Shown: piece by piece, positions 9,661 to 23,020 of the stretch
Layout of the letters: each line of letters starts with the position of its first letter
How positions within the stretch are numbered: the first letter of the stretch is position 1
NCBI GenBank assembly: GCA_963789955.1
Contig: CAWBMV010000015.1
Coordinates: forward strand, 32,001-96,000
DNA from: an uncultured Candidatus Rokubacteria bacterium
GTDB lineage: Bacteria; Methylomirabilota; Methylomirabilia; Rokubacteriales; CSP1-6
Length of the DNA stretch: 64,000 nucleotides
Reading direction: 5' to 3'
The notes under the pieces: model-generated
What the model saw: the letters and a program-made list of their open reading frames with translations, nothing else
Database searches by the model: none
What the model was told of the DNA's origin: nothing
Program-made: the position numbers and the translations under genes

Positions 9661-11433
9661 CTACGCATTCTGGCGAGCCAGCCATTTCTTGCCGAGGTAG
9701 GCCTCGATCACCGAGGTGTCCTCGACGACGGCGCGCGGCAGCCCCGTCGCCAGCACGCGGCCGTGGTCCAGCACCACGAACCGGTCGGCGAGCCGCATCA
9801 TCGCGTGCATTGTATGCTCGATGATGCAGATCGTCACACCCTGCTCGCGCAACCCGGCCAGCACGGTCAGGACGCTGTCGCATTCTTCTCGACCCAGCCC
9901 GGCCAAGGTTTCGTCCAGCAACAGCAATCGCGGATTGCCGGCCAGCGCGCGGGCGAGCTCCATCAAGCGAAGCTGCTTGTTCGTGAGCTGTCCCGCCGCC
10001 AGACCCGACTGATCCTGGAGCCCGACCTGATGCAGCGCCCGCACCGCCGAGGCGATGGCGTCGCGATCCGAGAGACCGGAGCCGTAGGCTCCGACGATCA
10101 CGTTGTCGAGCACCGGCAGGCGGGTGAAGCTGCGCACCACCTGAAACGTGCGCCCGACGCCCATCCGGCACACCTCGAACGTCTTGCGGCCGAGCATCTG
10201 CTGGCCGGCAAGCTGCGCCGAGCCTTCGTCGGCCGAGAGCACGCCGTTCAGCACGTTGAACAGGGTCGTCTTGCCCGCGCCGTTCGGCCCGATGATGCCG
10301 AGGATCTCGCCCGCGGTGACCGAGAAGCTCACTTCGCTGACCGCTTTCAGGCCGCCGAAAGCTCGTGAGACATGCTCGACGACGAGCAGCGGCACACCCA
10401 CGCGGGCCGATACGCGGCGCGGCGCGGACGCCGTCGCGGTCGGCATCAGATCGGGAATCGGTGCCGCGGCTTTCGGGCGGAACCAGCGGTCGCGGACGGT
10501 CCAGAACAGCCCGTCGGGCGACAGCAGCATGACGGCGATGATGGCGGTGCCGTACACGACGCCCTGGATGCCGGGCAGATAGGTCCCGAGCTCGGCTTGC
10601 AACGTTTCGGCGAGAGGCACCAGGATCGCGGCGCCGATCAGCGGCCCCCACACCGACGCCACGCCGCCGAACAAGGTGACCACCACCGCCTGCGCCGAGA
10701 CGAGCATGCCGAACACGGAATCCGGCGTGATGACCAGCAGGACGCGCGCGTAGAAGCCGCCGACGACCGCCGCGATCATGCCCGACACGACCAGCGAGCG
10801 CATCTTCCACAGCCGCGCATTGATGCCCGCCGCCTCGGCGGCGAGCTCGTTCTGTCTGATCGCCAGCAGGGCCAGGCCGAAGCGCGAGTTCTCGATGATC
10901 AGCGAGACGACCACGCCGCCGATCAGCAGGCATACCGCGATCAAGGTGTAGATGCGCGGCTCGCTGAACTCCATGAACGCCGCCGGATTTTCCCGGTGCA
11001 TCGGGATCGACACTTCCTGAAAGCCGAGATACTGCAGCACGTAGAGGATGGCGAGCGGGTAGGCCAGCATCGACAGCGCGAAGTAGTGCCCGCGCAAGCG
11101 GAACGTGGGCAGGCCGATCGCGATCGCGGCCAGTCCGCCGAGGATCATGCCGAGCACGATGCCGAGCCAGGGCGAGAGGCTCCAGTAGACGACGGCCAAG
11201 GTGACCGTGTACGCGCCGATGCCGAAGAACGACGCGTGGCCGAACGACAGCTGGCCGCCGTAGCCGGACAGGATGTTCCACGAGACGCCGAACAGCGCCC
11301 ACACCGGGACGAGCGTGAGGATCAGCTGGTAGTAGCTGTTCTTGACGAAGAGTGTGAGCACCAGGTACGCGACGGACAGCACGGCCAATGTCGTCAAGCC
11401 GCGCTTGAGCTGTGGCCCGGTCCCGTACCTCAT
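9661..11433 (-). CDS. Fused LivM permease / LivG ATPase
   Basis: WNILSGYGGQLSFGHA permease half followed by GPNGAGKTT...RTFQ...LLLDE ATPase half. Confidence 0.92.
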   Translation of the reverse strand: MRYGTGPQLKRGLTTLAVLSVAYLVLTLFVKNSYYQLILTLVPVWALFGVSWNILSGYGGQLSFGHASFFGIGAYTVTLAVVYWSLSPWLGIVLGMILGGLAAIAIGLPTFRLRGHYFALSMLAYPLAILYVLQYLGFQEVSIPMHRENPAAFMEFSEPRIYTLIAVCLLIGGVVVSLIIENSRFGLALLAIRQNELAAEAAGINARLWKMRSLVVSGMIAAVVGGFYARVLLVITPDSVFGMLVSAQAVVVTLFGGVASVWGPLIGAAILVPLAETLQAELGTYLPGIQGVVYGTAIIAVMLLSPDGLFWTVRDRWFRPKAAAPIPDLMPTATASAPRRVSARVGVPLLVVEHVSRAFGGLKAVSEVSFSVTAGEILGIIGPNGAGKTTLFNVLNGVLSADEGSAQLAGQQMLGRKTFEVCRMGVGRTFQVVRSFTRLPVLDNVIVGAYGSGLSDRDAIASAVRALHQVGLQDQSGLAAGQLTNKQLRLMELARALAGNPRLLLLDETLAGLGREECDSVLTVLAGLREQGVTICIIEHTMHAMMRLADRFVVLDHGRVLATGLPRAVVEDTSVIEAYLGKKWLARQNA

Positions 11434-12386
11434 GCGCGTTCCGCCGAACGCCCGAAGAGCCCTTGCGGCCGCAGCAGCACGATCATCAGGAACACGACGA
11501 AGATCGCCGCGTTCTGCAGCTGCGGCGGCAGGATCAGCGCCGAGAACTGCTGCACGAACCCCACGGTCAATCCGCCCCAGAACGCGCCGAGGATGCTCCC
11601 CATGCCGCCGAGCACGACACCGGAGTACATGATGATGACGTAGTCGAATCCGACGAACGGACCGAAGGAGATATACGTCGCCATCAGCCCGCCGGCGACG
11701 GCGGTGATGCCGGCGCCGAGGCCGAAGGCGATGCGGTACGCGCGGTCGACCTCGATGCCCATGTAGGTGGCGGCCGTGGGATTGTCGGCGGAGGCCCGCA
11801 GCGCTTTGCCCAGGCGCGTGTACTCGAGCGTCAGGTACAGCACGATCGCGACCAGGATCGCGACGCAGAACGCGATCAGCTTCGCCTTGTTCAGAAATAC
11901 GGTCGCGCCGCCGTAGACCGGACCGATCAGAAACGCCTCGGCGGACAGCGGCGTGCGGACGGCGACGGGCGTGGAGCCGAATACGATCTGGCCGCCGTTC
12001 TGCAGAATCAGCGAGATGCCGAGGGTGACGACCAGCTGACCGAAGTGGCCCTCATCCAACGTGCCCGCCGTCCGCAGGCCGGATACCCGGGAGATCAGGA
12101 ATTTGTGCAGGAGCGCGCCGCCGACGAAGACCAGAGGTGCGGCGCAGAGCGCGCCGACGAACGGTCCCCAGTAGGGGCCGAGGAAGGACAGCACCTTGCC
12201 GCCGCTGACCAGATAGAAGCTGGCGAACATGCCCAGCATGAGGAGTTCGCCCTGGGCGAAGTTCACGATCCGCATGATGCCGAAGATGAGTCCGAGGCCG
12301 ATGCACATGAGGCCGTAGATGCAACCGATCGTGATGCCCGCGGTGACCGCGTTCAGCACGTTCTCGATCAGGATTTCCAGATCCAC
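11430..12386 (-). CDS. livH: LivH-like ABC permease
   Basis: GLGLIFGIMRIVNFAQGE, TRLGKALRA, VVLGGMGS. Confidence 0.92.
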   Translation of the reverse strand: MDLEILIENVLNAVTAGITIGCIYGLMCIGLGLIFGIMRIVNFAQGELLMLGMFASFYLVSGGKVLSFLGPYWGPFVGALCAAPLVFVGGALLHKFLISRVSGLRTAGTLDEGHFGQLVVTLGISLILQNGGQIVFGSTPVAVRTPLSAEAFLIGPVYGGATVFLNKAKLIAFCVAILVAIVLYLTLEYTRLGKALRASADNPTAATYMGIEVDRAYRIAFGLGAGITAVAGGLMATYISFGPFVGFDYVIIMYSGVVLGGMGSILGAFWGGLTVGFVQQFSALILPPQLQNAAIFVVFLMIVLLRPQGLFGRSAERA

Positions 12387-12514
12387 CGAGCTTGCGCTGT
12401 CCTCCCGTCAGGCGATCCGGGAGAGGTGGCGCCTTTGGCAGGGGTCCTTCGTTACTTCCGGCCGCGGCGAACAGCCCGATGGCAGGGCTCGCTCCCGAAC
12501 GCAACGACGCGACT

Positions 12515-12964
12515 TTAGCACGTGTCGGCGCGAGTTTTCGTCAGAATCCTTCGCAGAACGCGATGATTCACGTATGCGAGCACCTGGACGGCCAGGGCCA
12601 ACGGCACCAGCACGGTAACGCCCCACCACATTCCGAGTATCGACTGCAGTCCTACGGCCCAACGAGTCTGGTTCGAGTCGAAGTCGTCGATCAGGTGCCG
12701 GAAAACGAAGATGGCGAGGCCATAGATCAAGATCGCCGCATAGACGCTGAGCGGCGAGTACCAGTAGAGCGCTCTGGCCGAGGCACGGCGATACGTCGGA
12801 ATCGAGATGGCGGTGATCATGATGCCGGTGACGATCGCCGCGAGCAGTCCCGTCGCGGCAGATTTTCCCCAGATCCCGAAGGCCTGAGCACCGAGCGCCC
12901 AGGAGACACCCCACCAGAGAACCCCGAAGCAGGCGCCGGCAAGCAGCCCCACGGCGCCGTTCAT
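12515..12964 (-). CDS. Hypothetical membrane protein (about 4 TM)
   Basis: Hydrophobic segments; ATGA overlap with the upstream ORF. Confidence 0.55.
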   Translation of the reverse strand: MNGAVGLLAGACFGVLWWGVSWALGAQAFGIWGKSAATGLLAAIVTGIMITAISIPTYRRASARALYWYSPLSVYAAILIYGLAIFVFRHLIDDFDSNQTRWAVGLQSILGMWWGVTVLVPLALAVQVLAYVNHRVLRRILTKTRADTC

Positions 12965-13323
12965 TCGTGGGGAAGAAGCAGTCGAACCAGAACCAGAGGA
13001 ACGCGCCGCAGAGTCCACACGACGAGAGACGAGATGATCAGGAGCGCGATGGACAGCCGGCGATGCGCTTCACCTCGCCAGAGCGACAGAGCCGTGCACA
13101 CCACGCCCGCGACACAGGCAAAGAAGCCTCCCACCCCGATCACGAAAGCGCCCATGAGGTAGCCCCATCCGCCGGCGGTCGATATACTTTTCCGTTCGTA
13201 AACCAGGAAGAGGGCAACAGCCGCCCCGAACAGTATCAGGGTCACGAACAGGCCGACCGCGATCCGGAAGAAAATCGGGGGACGAATCGGCGGCGCCATG
13301 GAATGCCGCGAAATCTGATTCAT
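12961..13323 (-). CDS. Hypothetical membrane protein (about 3 TM)
   Basis: Three hydrophobic stretches; start uncertain. Confidence 0.55.
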   Translation of the reverse strand: MNQISRHSMAPPIRPPIFFRIAVGLFVTLILFGAAVALFLVYERKSISTAGGWGYLMGAFVIGVGGFFACVAGVVCTALSLWRGEAHRRLSIALLIISSLVVWTLRRVPLVLVRLLLPHE

Positions 13324-13449
13324 TGTTCCTAGTGTAGGCGGTCCGATCGTCGCCGCCAAAATCCCCGGCATCGGCGGTCAGCGCCGGGCGCAACGATCCC
13401 GGGGTGTGCGATATTAAGATCCTCAAGCGCTCGTACAGGAGGGATCGTC

Positions 13450-14724
13450 GTGACACCGCAAGAGAGGACCAACGGGCTCGAGAGCGACAACGGCGCGATC
13501 CCGAAGCTGAGCGGCGACATCCGGTCCCTCATCCCGAAGCTCGGTCTTCGCAACTACTGGTATCCCGCCTCGAAGGACCGTGCGGTGGGCTGGCGCAAGC
13601 CGGTGAAGGTTTCGCTGCTCGGCGAGGACGTGTGCCTCTTTCGCGGCGCGGCCGGAAACGTGGTCGCGATCCAGGACGTCTGCCCGCACCGGGGCGCGCG
13701 ACTGAGCGACGGTGACTGCCACTATCGCGGGACCGTCGCGTGCCCGTACCACGGCTGGGTGTTCGACGAGTCGGGCAAGAACACGATGGTGCTGTCCGAA
13801 GGTCCCGCCTCGGGCGTGTGCGGCAAGCCCGGCACCGAGGCGAAGATCTACCCGACGCGCACGCTCAAGGGGCTGGTGTTCGTCTGGATCGGCGACGGCG
13901 AGCCCGCGCCGATCGAGGAGGACGTGCCCGGAGGAGTTCTTCGACGACGCGCTCGTCCTGATCGGCCAGGTCGTCTGGCGGTGCAACTGGGAAGTCGCGC
14001 TCGAGAACTCGATGGACTCCCACGTCAACTACGTCCACCGCAATGCCCTCGTGGTCGCCCGCTCCGGCTTCATCGCCCGCGGCGCGCAGGGCGAGCACCC
14101 GATCTTCGTCGGCAACGGCTTCGCCGGCGACGTCGCTGAAAGCAACTACGTGCGGAAGAGCCCGAAGTACGACGTGTACTCCGACGGACGGCGGTGGCCG
14201 AAGACGAACTACCGGCGCTACTGGACGTGGCTGTTCAGGCCGCTCGCCGAGCGCGCCCGGCGTCACATCCCGGCGCCCCGCACCGCGCGGTGGGCCGGCG
14301 GGCATCGCCTGCCCGGCATGTTCCGCACCGAGTTCTCGCTGGGACCTCTACACCCGCATGTGCGTGCCGATCGAAGAGAACCTGACGCGCGTCTGGTACT
14401 ACCACTGCCTGCGGCCCAAGGGCGCGCTGCAGCGACTCTGGCAGCGGTTCCTCTACGGCGCCGTGCACCGGTGGATCATCGAGTACAACTTCTCGCGTCA
14501 GGACGAGCGCGTGATGCTCGACCAGCGCTACGACGCGCCGGAGAAGCTGTCGGGGACGGATGCCGAGGTGATCCAGTGGCGGCGGCTCGTGGTGACCAAG
14601 CACTTCGGCGGCCGCGACGCGCCCTACGAGTACCGGAACCCCGACGGCATCGCGCCGGATCGAGGTGCCGCTCGGTCGCGTGTCCGTGCGCTATCTTCAA
14701 GAACACTCGCGGGCGAAGTCCTGA
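13450..14724 (+). CDS. Rieske non-heme iron oxygenase alpha subunit (frameshifted)
   Basis: GLRNYWYP, CPHRG...CPYHGW Rieske motif, ENSMDSHVNYVH mononuclear iron site, QDERV; end reconstructed. Confidence 0.88.
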
Positions 14725-14739
14725 CGCGCGAGCCCGGCG

Positions 14740-15543
14740 ATGAAGCTCGCGGGGAAGGTCGCGATCGTCACCGGGACCAGCCCCAATATCGGAGGCGGCA
14801 TCGCCGAGGGGCTGGCCGACGAAGGCGCCGCGGTCGTCTGCGTCGATCAAGTTGCGGAGAACGCGCAGCAGTGCGCCGAGTCGATCAAGCGCCGCGGCGG
14901 CCAGGCACTCGGCATCGCCTGTGACGTCACCGACGAAGCGCAGGTGGCGGCGATGGTCGGGCGCGCCCGCGAGAGCTTCGGCGGCGTCGACATCCTCGTC
15001 AACAACGCCGGGATCCTCGGCGGCCTCAGCGTGCTCGAGATGCCGCTCGAGCGCTGGAACCGTCAGATCGCCGTGAATCTCACCGGGACGTTCCTGTGCA
15101 CCAAGCACGTGGCCCGGCTCATGGTCGAGCTGGGGCGCCCGGGCAGCATCATCGTGATCGTGTCGACCGCCGGCCATCAGGGCCAGGCCGGCAACATCGG
15201 CTACTGCACGAGCAAGAGCGGCCTGCTCAACTTCACCCGCGCCGCCGCCATGGATCTCGCGAAGCACCGGATCCGCGTGAACAGCCTCACCCCGACCGCG
15301 ACCGACCGCGAGGAAGCCGGCGAGCGTGCCGTCGCGTGGGGCCGGCCCCGACCCGAGCGGCGCGAGGGCGCGATGCTCGACTTCCAGAAGATGGTGCCCG
15401 CGGGCCGGCTTCCGAGCCCGCGCCACTACGGGCGCGCCGCCGTGTTCCTGGCCTCGGACGACGCGGAGATGATCACGGGCTTCGACCTCCGCGTCGACGG
15501 CGGCGCGATCGCGAAGTACTGGCCGTGGATTCCGAACGCCTGA
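14740..15543 (+). CDS. Short-chain dehydrogenase/reductase
   Basis: VTG...IG, DILVNNAG, YCTSK (YxxxK). Confidence 0.92.
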   Translation: MKLAGKVAIVTGTSPNIGGGIAEGLADEGAAVVCVDQVAENAQQCAESIKRRGGQALGIACDVTDEAQVAAMVGRARESFGGVDILVNNAGILGGLSVLEMPLERWNRQIAVNLTGTFLCTKHVARLMVELGRPGSIIVIVSTAGHQGQAGNIGYCTSKSGLLNFTRAAAMDLAKHRIRVNSLTPTATDREEAGERAVAWGRPRPERREGAMLDFQKMVPAGRLPSPRHYGRAAVFLASDDAEMITGFDLRVDGGAIAKYWPWIPNA

Positions 15544-15552
15544 GGGCGCGGA

Positions 15553-17888
<2,336 letters not shown>

Positions 17889-17899
17889 ACTCATTCGCC

Positions 17900-18596
17900 A
17901 TGACGCGCCGTCCGGCCGTTCGCGCCGTCGTCTTCGACGCGGGCCACACCTTGCTCGAGATGGACTACGCGCGGCTCACCGCGTTTCTTGTGTCGCGAGG
18001 CCACGATCTTCGCGAGACGGCGGTGACCGAGGCCGAGCGGCGTGCACGCACGCGTCTGGATACCGAGCGCGCGGCGCAGGCCACGCGCGAGCGTACGGGC
18101 GAGGGGCGCTACGTCCGGTACCTGGCGGAGTATCTGGCGATCGCGGACGACGCAGAGCGCGTGGCGATCGCGGAGTGGCGGCGCGGCTTCAACGTGCCGA
18201 TCGGGCTCTGCCACCAGGCCGACGGCCAGGCGGCGAAGGCGCTCCAGCGCGCGCGCGACGCGGGGCTGATCGTCGGAGTCATCTCGAACTCCAACGGCTC
18301 GGTGCAGCGAGCGCTCGAGATCGCCGGGCTCGCCCCGCACCTCGCGTTCGTCATCGACTCCAGGGTGGTCGGCATCTCGAAGCCCGATCCGCGCATCTTC
18401 GCGCTCGGCCTTGCAGGCGGCCGGCACCGCGCCGGAGGAGACCGTCTACGTGGGCGACTCCTACTTCGTCGACGTCGTCGGTGCCCGGCAGGCGGGACTC
18501 GGAGCGGTGCTGTTCGATCCGGGGCGCACGTGGGGAGCGCGCGATTGCTCGATCGCCACCGATCTGTGCGCGGCGGTCGACCACGCCCTGAGCTAG
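17900..18596 (+). CDS. HAD-superfamily hydrolase (frameshift near 18410)
   Basis: FDAGHTL, ISNS, KPDPRIF, YVGD....DVVGA. Confidence 0.88.
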
Positions 18597-18605
18597 CCGC
18601 CGGCT

Positions 18606-18634
18606 TTGCCTGGCGATTCCCGGCCGCGTAGACT
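18606..18634 (+). promoter_or_regulatory. Putative sigma70 promoter for the di-iron operon
   Basis: TTGCCT-N17-TAGACT upstream of ATG 18659. Confidence 0.5.
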
Positions 18635-18658
18635 ATCGCCCGCGATGAGAGCTCACCG

Positions 18659-19612
18659 ATGAGCGAGACCCGCGAGCACGCCGCGCGGCTCCTGCGCGCC
18701 TATCAGGCGCAGGAGAAGCGCTTCGTCGAGCGGCGCTTTCCGCTCCAGTTCGCTCCGGAGGTGCCGGTACTCCGCGAGCTCTACAGCCAGGCCAAGGGGC
18801 TTCACTGGAACCCGGAGACCGATATCGCGTGGGACCGCTTCGATCCCTCGCGCTACGACACGCCCACGCGCGAGGCGGCGAGCCGCACGTGGAGCCGACG
18901 GGCCTGGAGCGTGTATCCCGGACTGACCGAGAGCACCGCGCTCTTGATCCGCTTCTGCCTGGAGTCCGGCTCGCTGGGGATGGACGCGAAGCTGTTCCTC
19001 TCGTTCCGTCCGGCGGAGGAGGCCAAGCATCTCGAGGTGTGTCACATGCTGGCCGAGCGATTCGGCGGCTATCACGCCGATCCGGGCGAATCGAATCTGG
19101 CGCGCGTGAGCAATCACGCGTTCGGGCAGGCCGCCCTCGACGGCGAGGTCCCGGTCGAGGCGTACATCGCGGCGCTCGGCGCGCTCGACGATCAGCTCGA
19201 TCTGAACCTCTATGTGAGCCATCTGCAGCAGGCCAAGGACGAGACCGTGCGCGCCGCGCTCAGGCTCATCGCGGGCGACCGCGCACGTCACGTGGCGTTC
19301 GCGTGGGCGTTCCTGGGCAGTCGCGTGCCGACGCTCGACGAGCGGGGACGCGGCGCGGTCGTCGCCGCCGTGCGCGACATGCTCGCGAACGTCATCCTCG
19401 CCGGCTATCGCAACACGTGGCTGCTTCCGGAAAAGAGTCGCGAGCCCTGGCTGGGCGCCGAGTCGGAGACGGCGCGGCATGGTCTCGGCGCCTCGACTCC
19501 CGGGCAGGAGCGGGGTGTGCTCCGCGCCACGATCGCCCAGGTGCGGGAGCGGCTCGCCGTGTGGAAGCTCGACCTGCCGCGCGTCGAGCATGCCGAGCTG
19601 GGGGCCGTCTGA
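18659..19612 (+). CDS. Ferritin-like fold protein with degenerate di-iron site
   Basis: Paralogue of the next gene; EEAKH kept, second ExxH is DRARH. Confidence 0.8.
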   Translation: MSETREHAARLLRAYQAQEKRFVERRFPLQFAPEVPVLRELYSQAKGLHWNPETDIAWDRFDPSRYDTPTREAASRTWSRRAWSVYPGLTESTALLIRFCLESGSLGMDAKLFLSFRPAEEAKHLEVCHMLAERFGGYHADPGESNLARVSNHAFGQAALDGEVPVEAYIAALGALDDQLDLNLYVSHLQQAKDETVRAALRLIAGDRARHVAFAWAFLGSRVPTLDERGRGAVVAAVRDMLANVILAGYRNTWLLPEKSREPWLGAESETARHGLGASTPGQERGVLRATIAQVRERLAVWKLDLPRVEHAELGAV

Positions 19613-19648
19613 GCTCGGGACGCTATATATAAGGATAGGGAGACCGCC

Positions 19649-20575
19649 ATGCTGACCGAGAAGGAGCGCACCGGAGCCTACGTCCTCGAGCAGCGCTATC
19701 CGCTGCCGCTCTCCTCGGCCATGCCCGACGTCTGGGACCTCTGGCGGCGGGCGAAGACGCTCGAGTGGGATCCGCAGACCGACATCCCCTGGGAAGAGCT
19801 GCACCCCGAGCGCTACAGCGCCGAGCAATTGCTGGCCGCGCAGATGTACTGGAGCCGGCGCACGTGGGGCGAGTACGGCGCGATCTCCGAGAGCCCGGCG
19901 CTCCTGCTGCGCTTCTGCCTCGAGCGTCAGCTGCCGGATCTCCAGTTCTTCTTCACGATGCGCACGATGGAGGAAGGGCGCCACGCCGAGGCCTCATGGC
20001 TGATGGCGGATCGTCTCGGGCGCTACTTTCCCCAGCCGCAGAACCCGCCGACGGCCGGCGCCGTCGGCACGCACGGGGTTCGCCGCATGGCGTTCGATCC
20101 CGAGACCTCGCTCGAAGGCATCTTCGCCAGCCTCGTCTGCGCCGCGGAGGAGATCCTGATCGACGTCTTCAAGGCCACCGTGCACAAGGCGACCAACCCG
20201 GCCGTGCGCCGGCTGATGGAGCTGATCCTGCGCGACGAGGTGCGGCACATCGCGTTCGGCTGGCAGTGCCTCGACGCCTGGGCGCCGTCCTTCACGCCGG
20301 AGACCGTGCGCAACATCGAGGCCGCCGTCACCACGATGATCGAGAACGTCGAGTTCCGCGGCTACCGGAACCTCTGGCTCGCGATCGAGGGCGGCAGCGC
20401 GACGCCGGCCGAGATCGACGCCGACCGCATCTCCTGCGAGGCGGGCCTGGGCGGCAACACGCCCGAGGACGAGATGCGAGTCTTTCCCGATTTCTTGAAG
20501 AAGATCCGCAAGCGGATGGCGCCGTGGGGCGTCAACATCCCCATGTTCGACCACCCGCGCCTGGGCAAGGTCTAG
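19649..20575 (+). CDS. Ferritin-like di-iron carboxylate enzyme
   Basis: WGEY...EEGRH...AEE...DEVRH complete ligand set; AK...W.P..DIPW N-terminal motif. Confidence 0.85.
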   Translation: MLTEKERTGAYVLEQRYPLPLSSAMPDVWDLWRRAKTLEWDPQTDIPWEELHPERYSAEQLLAAQMYWSRRTWGEYGAISESPALLLRFCLERQLPDLQFFFTMRTMEEGRHAEASWLMADRLGRYFPQPQNPPTAGAVGTHGVRRMAFDPETSLEGIFASLVCAAEEILIDVFKATVHKATNPAVRRLMELILRDEVRHIAFGWQCLDAWAPSFTPETVRNIEAAVTTMIENVEFRGYRNLWLAIEGGSATPAEIDADRISCEAGLGGNTPEDEMRVFPDFLKKIRKRMAPWGVNIPMFDHPRLGKV

Positions 20576-20582
20576 CGATCCG

Positions 20583-22877
20583 GTGAAGTTCATCGGCGAC
20601 CGGCTCCTCCGCAAGGAGGATCCGCGTCTGGTGCAGGGCCGCGGCCGCTACGTCGGCGACATCGCGCTGCCGGGCATGCTGCACGCCGCCATCCTCCGCA
20701 GCCCGCACGCCCACGCCCGATTCGGCGCCATCGACGCCGCCGCGCGCGATGAAGACCCCCGGCGTGGTCGCCGTCGTCACGTTCGCCGATCTCGGCGAGG
20801 CCGCTCGCCAGCTGCCGATCGTGCCGCCGCACGCGGCGCTGCGCGGCAAGAACTTTTCGCTCCTCGCCGGCGATCGCGCGCGCTTCGTGGGCGAAGCGGT
20901 CGCGGTGGTGGTGGCGGAGAGCCGCTACGCCGCCGAAGACGCGCGCGAGCGGATCGACGTCGCGTGGGAGCCGCTGCCCTCGGTGCAGGAACCAACCGCG
21001 CCCGGGCCGGCGTCCGTTCACGACGACATCGCCGACAACCTCGCGGGCCGCGTGACCTTGGCGCGCGGCGACGTCAGGGCCGCGCTCGGGGCCGCGCCCC
21101 GCCGGGCGAGCTTGACCCTGAGCATCGGGCGCGCCGGCGGCCAGCCGATGGAGACACGCGGGCTGGTCGCCGAGTACAACGCGATGGCCGGGCTGCTCAC
21201 GGTGTGGGCGTCGTCGCAGGTTCCGCACCAGGTGCGGCAGTTCATCTGCGATCTGCTCGGGCTCGAGCCGCATCGCGTGCGCGTGCTGGCGCCCGACGTC
21301 GGCGGTGGCTTCGGCGCCAAGCTGATCGTCTATCCCGAGGACGTGCTGATCCCGCTGCTGGCGTTGCGCCTGGGCCGTCCCGTGCGGTGGCTCGAGGATC
21401 GTGTCGAGCACATGCTGACGGCCACCCAGGAGCGCACGCAGGTGCACACGGTCGAGGTCGGCTTCGATGACGAGGGGCGCCTGCTCGCGCTCCGCGACCA
21501 TTTCGTACACGACACCGGCGCGTATACGCCGCGCGGTCTGGTCGTGCCGCTCCTGAGCGCCTCGATGCTGGCCGGTCCGTACCGGATCCCCGCGGTCGAG
21601 GTGACGTTCGACAGCGTCTACACCAATCGCGTGCCGGTGACGCCGTACCGCGGCGCCGGCCAGCCGCAGGCCGTGTTCGTCATCGAGCGGGTGATGGACC
21701 TGATCGCGCGCGAGACCGGGCGCGATCGCGCCGCCGTTCGCTTCACCAATCTCGTGCAATCGGCCGACATGCCGTACGACGTCGGCCTGCCGAACTATCG
21801 CGGCTCCGGCAACGTCATCTACGACAGCGGCGACTACCCGGCGGTGCTGCGCCACGCGCTCGAGATGTCGGACTACGAGCGCCTCTCGAAGGAATGCCGG
21901 CGTGCTCGCGACGAGGGCCGGCTCCTCGGCCTCGGCGTCGCGTGCTACGTCGAGCTGACCGGCGTGGGTCCGTTCGAGGGCGCGACCGTTCGCGCCGACA
22001 CGTCCGGACGCATCACCGTCTTCACCGGGGTGCCCTCGCAAGGGCAGGGGCTCGAAACGACGCTCGCCCAGGTCGCGGCCGGTGAGCTCGGTGTGACGCC
22101 GGAGGATGTGGCGGTGATCGGCGGCGACACCCTGGGGATCAGCCAGGGCATCGGCACGTTCGCCAGCCGCGCCGCGGTCGTCGGCGGGAGCGCGGTCGCG
22201 CTGGCCGCGCGCGAGCTGCACGCCAAGGCCGTCCGTCTGGCGGCTCACGCGCTCGGCGTCGCGGAAGACGAGATCCAGCAGCACGGCAAGTTCTTCGCCG
22301 AGCGCGCCCGGCCCGAGCGTCGGATCGAGCTCGGCCGCCTCGCGTCCGCGGCCGCGATGGCCACGGCGGCGCACGGCGTGGCCCCCGGGCTCGAGGCCAC
22401 GCATTTCTTCCAGCCGCCGGACATCGCCTATTCGAGCGGCGCGCACGTCGCGCTGGTCGAGGTCGATCGCGAAGCGGCGCGCGTGCGTCTGCGTCGGCTA
22501 CTGGGTGAGTCACGACAGCGGCCGGCTCATCAATCCCACGATCGTCGAGGGCCAGATCCACGGCGGGGTGGCCCTCGGTATCGGCAGCGCGCTCTTCGAA
22601 GAGATCCAGTACGACGCCGCCGGTCAGCCGCTCGGTGCGAGCTTCATGGATTACGCGCTGCCGCGCAGCGACGACGTCCCGCCCGTCGCGATCGACCATC
22701 TCGAAACACCGTCGCCGCTGAATCCGCTCGGCGTCAAAGGCGTCGGCGAATCGGGCTCACTGCCGGTCGCGGCCGTCGTCGCGTCGGCGGTCGAGGACGC
22801 GCTGACCGGTTCTGGTATCCGACGTGGAGGGAATGCCTCTCACGGCCGGCGCGCTCCGTCGACTGCTGTGGTCGTGA
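20583..22877 (+). CDS. Xanthine dehydrogenase / CoxL-like molybdopterin-binding subunit (frameshifted)
   Basis: RKEDPRLVQGRGRYVGD, RSPHAHA, VGGGFGAK, PYRGAG, QGQG, KGVGE. Confidence 0.9.
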
Positions 22878-23020
22878 GTCCTCCCGGCAAGCGCCTCATT
22901 GACAGCGCGTGGTATGGCGCGGACACTCGTCGTGTCGGCGTCGTGCCGCGTGAACGGACCGTTTCGACGAAGTCTCATGTGCTGAGCCGCGATGACGCGG
23001 CACGAAGAAAGGGGTTCGCG

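Noticed and set aside
20583..22877. Aerobic CO dehydrogenase form I
   Set aside because: Lacks the AYxCSFR loop and coxS, coxM and accessory genes.
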